Source of the DNA: Trichinella spiralis
Lineage: Eukaryota
Reading direction: 5' to 3'
DNA: 64,000 bases
Assembly (NCBI RefSeq): GCF_000181795.1
Contig: NW_003526941.1
Span: 7,501,118 to 7,565,117, forward strand
Position numbers and translations under genes: made by a program. Numbering within the stretch: the first letter of the stretch is position 1; every line of letters starts with the position of its first letter. Below the pieces are notes generated by a model. It worked only from the letters and a program-made list of their open reading frames with translations, ran no database searches and was not told where the DNA came from. Below are positions 55,393 to 64,000 of the stretch, piece by piece.

Positions 55393-57240
55393 ATGGTGAA
55401 CAATTTGCACGCGGCCGATTCGCATCCAAGAGCGGACAGCGATCACGTCGGAAATGACGTTTGCTATTCAAAAGAGATTAGCCAAGCGCAGCAGAAGAAA
55501 AAGATGCACACTTTTGTCGTTCGACACTTGGACGACAGCACTTTGCGCATCGAATTGAGCAAAGATTGCAAAGGACAAGAGCTGTTCGACGCGGTGGTGA
55601 AGAAGCTCGACTTGCTCGAGAAAGATTATTTCGATCTGTTCTACATTGCTAAAGATACGACCAAGCATTGGCTGGCTCGTGATGAGAAAGTGCGGAAGCA
55701 GGCGAAGGATCAGATTCTGCAGTTTGGCGTGAAATTCTATCCGCCGGAGCCGAGCGCGTTGCAAGAGGATTTGACTCGATATTGTCTGTGCTTGCAAGTG
55801 CACCGGGATGTTGTCGACGGTCGACTGCCGTGCTCGTTTTACACATACGCGACGTTGGGTTCCTACTTTTTGCAAGCTCAGCTCGGCGATTACGACTCGC
55901 AAACGCAGGCCAACATGAATTACATGGACGAGTTGCAGTTCCCATCCGACGTGCCAGAATTGTTGTCCATGATTGTCGATTTTCACAAAACTCGCAAAGG
56001 CCAGACTCCTGCCGAGGCCGAGGCTCATTATTTGGAAAATGCCAAAAAGCTTGCTTTTTACGGTGTTGGTTTGTACAAGGCGGTTTCCGACTCCACCAAT
56101 GAACCAGTGTTGATTGGCATCAGTTCTGCCGGCATTGCCGTATACGACGAATTTTTGCGTTTGCAACGTTTCGTCTGGCAAAAAATCATCAAAGTATCTT
56201 ATTTGAGAAATCACTTTCACGTTCAAGTGCGATCATCCGACAATGACAACCGAAAAATAACGTGGAAATTTTCTGCCAACAGTGCCCGAGAGGCGAAAGC
56301 TATTTGGAAAGCTTGTGTCGAGTATCATATATTTTTCCGTCTGATGGCTCCGGACGTGCCGGCCAAGCACAAAGGTTTCAGTTTGGGCTCTGGTCGATTT
56401 CATTACAAAGGTCGTACACAGTATCAGACAAGGCTGGCGTGTAGCATGCTGAATCGACCGCCACCAAAATTTCAGCGTTCGTTCAGGGGCGTTCAGGCGC
56501 CGCAGTCTGTTCTGCACGAGAATTTCATACCTTCACCTCCAATATCTTTCGTTGATCAGTCAACTGCTAGTCATGTGACCAACGATCAAGACGTTTCAAA
56601 GACGGGTAAATTTATTTCCAAATCTCATCTCTTTATTTTTTGCATGTTATTTTTTCTATATATGTATATATTTGCTTTTAATTGTTAAGGCCGGGATCTG
56701 CAACAGCATCGTCAAGCTGCTGGACAGAACGGGGTCCGTAGTCAATCTTCCAGAAGTGTCGGTGAGGGAAAATCGTTCAGTGCATCTTCTACTGACGACA
56801 GCGAAAATCACAACGTGCTGCAGACATTCACGATCTCAGGTGCACCAGTCGGATCTTTGCACTACGAGGCCACTAATCTGTTTGAAACTTCAAACATTTT
56901 GGAAAACAGTAACACGAGTGATACAACCGTTGAAAATGGAACTTGCACTGGAAACAAGACGTTGTTGAACCAAGATCGTTGTGGAGGTGGTACTTTCAGT
57001 GCGAAACATCAGTCATTCATGGTTCCGGTGAAGGAAAAGGACGGCACAGTGCCGTCAGTGGTGGAAAGCAGAGGTGCATTGTCAACATGCGCAACAATTG
57101 CATTGGACAAAGAGGATCCAGAAAACGACCTGGCTTTGTTGGAAGCTATAACCAGAGTCACTGGACTCAATCAGAGCATGCTAACTGAAACAGTGAACAT
57201 CAGATCAGACAAGGATCTTCGTACAGAAACTGAATTGTAA
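55393..57240 (+). CDS. Protein 4.1/coracle-like: FERM, FERM-adjacent and 4.1 C-terminal domains, 2 coding exons
   Basis: LDLLEKDYF, FGVKFYPPEPSALQEDLTRY, GRLPCSF, GQTPAEAE, WKACVEYHIFFRL, LGSGRFHYKGRTQ; exons 55393-56605 and 56690-57240; C-terminal NDLALLEAI…SM…VNI resembles the 4.1 CTD. Confidence 0.93.
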
Positions 57241-58423
57241 GTAATCAGTGCGGGCTAGTTGAATTGCATTACTCCGATTTTCGTAGTGTTTTTTAGTTTA
57301 TTATATATTTTATACATGTGTGCGCATATACTATTATTATTATTATTATTATTATATAGTTATCGAATACTAAGCTAAGCATGCTTATTTAATAATTTCA
57401 ATTAATTAATTTGTTATCAGTTGTCTAATATGTCCAGAAAATGGTCTGCGTTATTTAATTAAAGCAATATCACCTATCGTTTGCTGTATGTTCAAATAAT
57501 CGTTGGTTGCTTTGCTTTTTTGCTTGTCGCAAAATTGTACTTGAAAGCTGTAATGTAATGGGCTTCTTTCTTTTATTAAACAAAGAAGAAAAAATATTCA
57601 ATTTTTTCATGAATTTATAAACTTTTCATTTAAAATTTATTCGAAAAGCTCGAAGCATGACATTTATAAGCTTTTCATAAGACGAAAATCAATTACTGTC
57701 ATCAGATAAAATTCATTTTTGATTGAAGCAGATTTTTATTGCGCTGCAGAGAGCACAAGTTCTACCTAGGGGAAAGTTTTATATTAATTTATTGAGAATT
57801 ACTGCGTAACTGGTACGAACAAGACAAATGACAATTGGATAAAAGTATTATCATACTGTCGCAATCAAATGAAAACAACGGATTAACCAAAATAATACAT
57901 GAAGATCATTATTATTCTACCATAGGAAGAGTTTCTACGTAGTGTTTGATGAAAATATGCAAATATTGAAGAGAACTATATGCAAATTATTTTTTTGTTA
58001 TTAAAATCAACTGGAAAAGAAGGAAAAAGTTTTTGAGTTGTTGTTGTTGTTTATGGCAATGTAGCAAGCAGTTTGGGTATTTTTATTGCTTTTCTTCAGA
58101 CAGCTGTCAAAGTTATGTTGAACTTTGCCACGACTATCATTCTGATTCAAATACCGCCGCATGAATACTTTCATTCGTGTTTTGTTTTCGTTTGGAAATT
58201 GCAAATGCAAATGACATTTCGAATATGAATTTTATTTAGGTTATTTCCACAACCAGTTTTTAGCGACATAATGAAAAGCTAAACGGATTTCATAAGACAT
58301 AAAAGTATGATTCAATAACATTTCGAACAAGACTGATTGCACCAAAATTTACAGCATTAATGATCATAAAACAGCAATGAACTAATTGGATTCTAATTCT
58401 GAAATTTCTATTATGAAAACAAT

Positions 58424-59258
58424 TTAAGAATCTGATCCTAAAGTATGCCGATCGAACAAGTATTCGCCAATTCCTGCACCAACGCGATTTAAGTTAGTGA
58501 CATAATCTGATAATCGTTTAATTGATTCAATTTGCTCTTCCAAAAATTCGTGTTCCAAAAAGTCGGTCAGCTAAATAGTAAAAAAATTTTTTTTTAACAT
58601 TTCATTAGCTTCATACATTTCAATGTACATTAGCATCTTGGTGACTGCTGGCGATGGCATGCAAATCAAGTAAACTTTGATTCACGCTTTTCTCCAATGC
58701 CAAAGCAGTTTCCATTGCTTCCAGTCCGCTTCCCCATTCATCATGAGCGGGTTTCTGCAATAAAATCACTGGAAAAATGCACGATGAGTAATATTCATCA
58801 AAAGAAATGTAAGCCCTACAGCATGTTTATCACTGTATTTTCTATAGTAAATTACTTTCAACAGTTTCCATTGGGCATAGGATTTACTTATCAAAACAGA
58901 AACACAATTCTGCAATTGTATAAGTACTAACAAGAAACTCACATCAATGTTTTGAAAAATAACTCTTCCACCACGCAGTGTCTGATATTTGATGAATTTC
59001 AAAGCATGTGTTCGCTCTTCTTCGCTGCATTTGTAAAAAAATCTCGAAAAGCCAGGCAAAGCTACGTCATCACGATCGAAATATGCTCCCTAATAAAACG
59101 AAACTATACAAATGCAACAGAGCAAAGGTTCAAAAATCAGTTGAGTAAACGAAACTTGCCATCGACAAATAGACGTAGCTGGCATACAGTTCGACGTTAA
59201 TTTGCTTATTCAAAGCTGCTTCTGATTCAGGGTGAAAATTTTGTGAAATTGACGACAT
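58424..59258 (-). CDS. ftn: Ferritin, heavy-chain type, 4 exons
   Basis: Exons 59258-59160, 59089-58943, 58754-58629, 58570-58424: [61 protein letters not shown]…EEQIESI, GEYLFD. Ferroxidase-centre Glu/His/Gln positions are present. Confidence 0.97.
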
Positions 59259-61045
59259 TTCTTTAAAAAAAATAAAATCAATTCGAAGAAAAATAAACAA
59301 TTTATAAGAATTTGTAAAAGTGTAGAAAATATATTATTATTATCATTATTATCATCATCAATGCTGTGCTAATGGACAGGAAAATTATAGATTGATTATA
59401 AAAATGAGCAGTAAATAACAAGCATTTACGTATGTTTATTAGGAAGCAACAAAAAGCAGTTTTAATTTCTCAACGAAAACGAAAACAAAATGCATTTACG
59501 GCATTACAGTATTACAGTATGAACTGATGTACCTGATAATTTTTTTTTATAAACATTCCAGTGATAAATGAAACCAAGTAAAATTGCAAATAGTTTCATG
59601 TGTGCATACTTATTTTTTTGCAACGTGGATGCAAATCAAGCAGAACAAGTTTTTTACATAAAAAAAGAGGCAAAATGTATTACAAACAAAATAGAATCAA
59701 CTTTTTCTCAACTTAAACAGCAAAATTGATTGCTGCAATATTTACTACTATGTAATCTTTAAGTTGTTAAATTTAAAATGTTTTATTATTGTGTTCGAAG
59801 TTTTGCTGAGAGATTGTTTATTTTGTTTGTTTATTAACTTGTGTAATGTCTAGATTTTGCGTTTGTGAATAAACATTTGCATGATCAGTGATTTTGAAAA
59901 TTAACTTTTATAAATAAGGAAGATGCAAACAATAGTACATAATAAATCGGTTTATTGTTGATGATAACAAATTTCTTACCTATTGAAAACTGAGTGCCAA
60001 ATTTGCGAGTTTCAGTGCTTTTCTAGCTGTAAAATTTTTAGTACTAGCGAAGTTTGATTTTTTCCACTTTTTATTTAACAGTTTAAATACTGCTGTGTAA
60101 CAACACTAAATACATCTATAATAAATTATCAGTATCAATAACAGCTTGTTTTATTCATAATACGTATCAGAATAAACAAAAACTGTTGTATGATTGAATT
60201 TTGCACTAGTTTTACAATTTTTGAAAGTGATATCTGCTCGTAAAGTGATCATGAGCTGAAAACATTTGCACGTGCTCATTGTTACATATGTAAAATGAAA
60301 CAAAGTAGCTGTTGACAGCAGTTTCTATTTTTATTTTGTTCAGTGAATTATTTGATTAAGAATTTTAAAGCTTTAAAAACATATTCATTGTATTTAATAT
60401 GTATATATTGCACGTCGGCTTTCTGATAATACTGATTTTATGTAAATTTAAAAGCTGAGCGTCATTTTATGAAAGAAATTTAATGATGAAGCAAATGTTA
60501 CAATTTTCGAAGAAGAAATCTGAAAATATGCTTCCATTGTGTAAAAGTAAAAAATCGATTAAAACAATTTTTAAATGAATGAAAATCAATCAAAGTAATA
60601 TTTGAATGAAGTCAAAACGAATTTAAAACAACATTGGTTTCAAGATATTATAGAAATGCCAATATGAAATTCAAAGCAGAATAACATTTTGATGACAGTA
60701 CGATTACTGTAAAATTGAAATTGAAACCTAGATTTTAAGTAGACTATTCATAAATACTGTAACATAAGTTATCAACTATCGTGGTGACTGTAGAACTGTG
60801 CGGAAGGTGATGTCTTTCTTTCAAATTTTTCTTGACTTTAACTTTATATTTTTTAGATAATCAATGACTGAATTGTCATTATTATTATTATTATTATTAC
60901 TGTTGTTGTTGTCGGTTATGAAGATTATAAATTTATCCAAAGAACACTCGTTGGTTCTTTGGCGAATTGGCGGGCTCGTTGGCGCGCTACGCACTTATCA
61001 ACCCAAATGTAGGTCACCAGACAGACAACGCCCACGCAAAGTGAA

Positions 61046-61179
61046 ATGAAAATCATTTTGAACTTGTTTGAAATGTCCACTCGTGAGTACGTTTTTAATA
61101 GAAGAAATCATCGCAGTGGAAAGTGCGGTCGTCGTTACTTCTACAACAAATTGCGGTATTTTTTTGAAAATTTTAAATG
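61046..61179 (+). other. Possible 5' exon of a gene continuing downstream
   Basis: Locally GC-richer patch, 44-codon basic open frame from ATG 61046, ending at TG|GTAAGT (61180). No homology recognised. Confidence 0.25.
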
Positions 61180-64000
61180 GTAAGTCAGCCAATTTTTTTA
61201 AATATTTGTATTCAATTTGTGATGTTAGAGATTTCAAATAAGTTTTTACTACGATTTATCAGCAGAATGTTTTTATTTTGAAGATTTTATTCATTTTAAA
61301 TTTTTATCCGTGAGGTGTATGCTTTCTTCAACGCATTCAAAAAATTGGGACATTTTTCATGTTTTCAACAGACAACAGTGTAGTAATAATTTTATTTTTT
61401 TATTCTGTGAAAATGTTTGAAAATTTAATATTCATCATTCATCCACTGTTCTCACAAACTTCGGAAGTTTGGTGAAAATGTATGACCGACGTGTGTAATA
61501 TTTTTGTGCTTTGTATTTTTAAATTCCGATTCATTGGGAAGATAATCAAAAATTGAAAAGTGCTATCTTCTTGGGCAATAAGAGCTGGCATTGAAGTTTA
61601 GAATTTTTGATTCACAAAGATAAATTATTTGAAATGCTTTTTTCTCTTACCAAGTGTCTATTTTGAAAATTAGAAAAAAACTGCATACTTTTTTGCTGTA
61701 ATAGATTAAAAATAACTGCGATTGGAGAATGCATTGCTCATATATTGGCAATTAAAGGCTTGTGGTAAATATTTCAAAGAAAACATGCTTCAGGAAGCAT
61801 TAAATCAGTATTAGCGGTAGTGTCAAATGCAAAGCAACATTCTTTCGAGCATTTTTGAAATGCACGAAAATGCCATATCAATAGATGCGATCATTGAAAT
61901 GCAAGCATAGTGTTTAAGTATAAAGGTTTATTTTATAAAAGAGAAGCATTTTCGCCTTCCTCCAGAACGGAAACGTTAATTGTTGAAATTTGATCACCTC
62001 CAAAAAAATAATACTTTGAGAAGTTGAAATAAAAGCTGTGCAACTGCTGCTGCTAGTTGACTATTAATTTAGAGTCTTTTGCAGTGTTTTTTTTAATATT
62101 TGAAGTAAAATTTTATTTTCTTCTGGCTAGGTAAATGTTTGCCCAACGCTAAGCAACGTCTGCAGTTGAGCCCGTTTGAATTTCTTTATCACTTTTAAGA
62201 TTAAAACCTTTTTATACTTTTGCATTACAAATAAAATCTGGTGCTAACGCGATGCGTGTGAAATAGATATATAATGAATTTTATTCAAATTAGAATGCAT
62301 AACATGTAAGCATGTTAGGATTAAATTATTTTCTTTTACAACCATCACATCACTGTAACATGTGCGTAAGAATAACTTTATTGTATTTAAATTTCACGGT
62401 ACTGTAGAACACAATGAACTGAATGGGAAATGCAAGCGTATGCATAATAATAATATTTCTATCATTATAAATCTTTTGCATAATTTTGAAAACCTTTATA
62501 AAGTACCGTTTTCATCAAATGCTGTAGTGCATCTTAGAGTTTATCACTCGTGCCATATGTAATGCAGCAGAGTAGTCATTAGAGCATGGTAAATTTAATA
62601 TATTTTCCAATAAATTAATAATTGTATGATTTAATAATAAAGGATAAGTAATATTAAGTTTCTGATGTAGATTATTCTTCAATGTAACGTCAATAAATTT
62701 TTCAAATGGCTTCCAAGCACAATTTGAAATTATATGATTATATACAAATGGAGTAATAGGTTTACATCTAAGATATGTGCTGTGGTATTTGATACATTCA
62801 CAAAATGCATTTTCATGAATAGTCTTCATCTATATTGATAAATGTGTTTTTTTTCTTGCAATAAGTAATGAGTACATTAACATCAGAGATATCAGATGAT
62901 GTGTATGAAAATGATTAATGAAATAAGGAAATAAATATTGCCACAAAGCTCCATAATTAATTAATTGATGAACACTATTTAGCATTTTCATTTTACTGCT
63001 GTCAAAATTATTAATGGCGCATACTGTGTTTAACGTATCTTGGTTTTTGGCTAAAAATACTAATCCTGAATACATTACAAAGAAAGATGTATATATCTTA
63101 ATGATCATAATGTTTCTATGGAAAAAAATAGAATTTTATTATCAAAGAAGAAACTGAAAATTCGAAATAAACAACAGTAATAGTTTGTCATTGATTGTTA
63201 AAATAGTTTTTCATTGTAAAAGTGAAAATATTAATTAACTACTGATCTGTACCGTTTAAATGGGCAGGCAGCCTTTTCTCCGTATCAGAAACAGTGCTTC
63301 AAGTGAAATTAATCACCATTAGTGCATGGTACTATTCAATGAGTTGGATATTGATTTCATTAATGAAATTTGCGTTTTATCATAAATTTTAATATGCTTA
63401 TAGTTCACGGCAATAAAAATTTTTTTTTTCTTAATCTATTTGTGAAATTATCCAACAGTTTGCATTTTGCCAGTTGAGAAAGTAATATTTTGACGATTTT
63501 TACATTGCTGACGATGAAAAATTGTGGTTGGCAAAATAAATAGTAAGTCCATTTGGTGAAAATAAAATCGAAAATGCCGAAATTTTTGTTTCTTAACTTT
63601 TTGACGTCTTGTCAGCTTGATTGACGCACGTCAGACTGTGTCTCGATCGCTTGACCCGTTTTGACATTCTGTAAGCATGCTAAAATGACATGATTTATAT
63701 TATGCGATGCAAATTTTGGCTTGTTCTTCGACATGCTTTCCATTGCTTCACTTTTGGCGTAGTCTTGAATTTTAACTTTACAGCAGCAGTTATTTGTTTG
63801 TTTTTGGAGTTTTATTATTGCATTTTATTTTGCATAACTTTTGTTCATTGCAATTGTAAACTTTCAAATGAGATGCTAATTGCTTCAAGTATGGTGTATA
63901 TTAATGTATGGTTGCTTGCTTGGACAATATTTATTCGAATTTATTACTTTAATGAATTCATCGATTCATAATATGAAAGAAGGTATTTTTTTGTTCTGGT

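Noticed and set aside
55468..56226. 252-aa antisense ORF over the FERM exon (similar cases at 2562-3113 and 49701-50315)
   Set aside because: Antisense shadows produced by codon bias of real genes.

Overview
AT-rich eukaryotic genomic DNA with many short GT-AG introns (mostly about 50-90 nt). Intron size, TTTCAG-type acceptors and gene content suggest a nematode, probably Trichinella-like clade I (inference, not verified). I reconstructed 12 spliced protein-coding genes by hand: long-chain acyl-CoA synthetase (+), CCR4/CNOT6 (-), PFKFB (-), CTU1 (-), tafazzin (-), KIDINS220 (+), a divergent UCH-L1/L3-type deubiquitinase (-), WNK kinase (-), vezatin (+), a tandem-GNAT-like protein (-), a protein 4.1/coracle-like FERM protein (+) and an H-type ferritin (-). 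I found no rRNA, tRNA, CRISPR array or intact transposon, and no convincing new multi-gene system. The best leads concern RNA processing: a vezatin exon with AT instead of AG at its acceptor, an operon-like CTU1-PFKFB junction with a Ur-like element, a hairpin-covered splice donor 51 nt past the CCR4 stop, a donor cluster in WNK intron 1 that could give a kinase-dead isoform, a GC-AG intron in ferritin, and an almost intronless 4.1 gene. CDS coordinates are whole gene spans including introns; exon boundaries may be off by a few nt.
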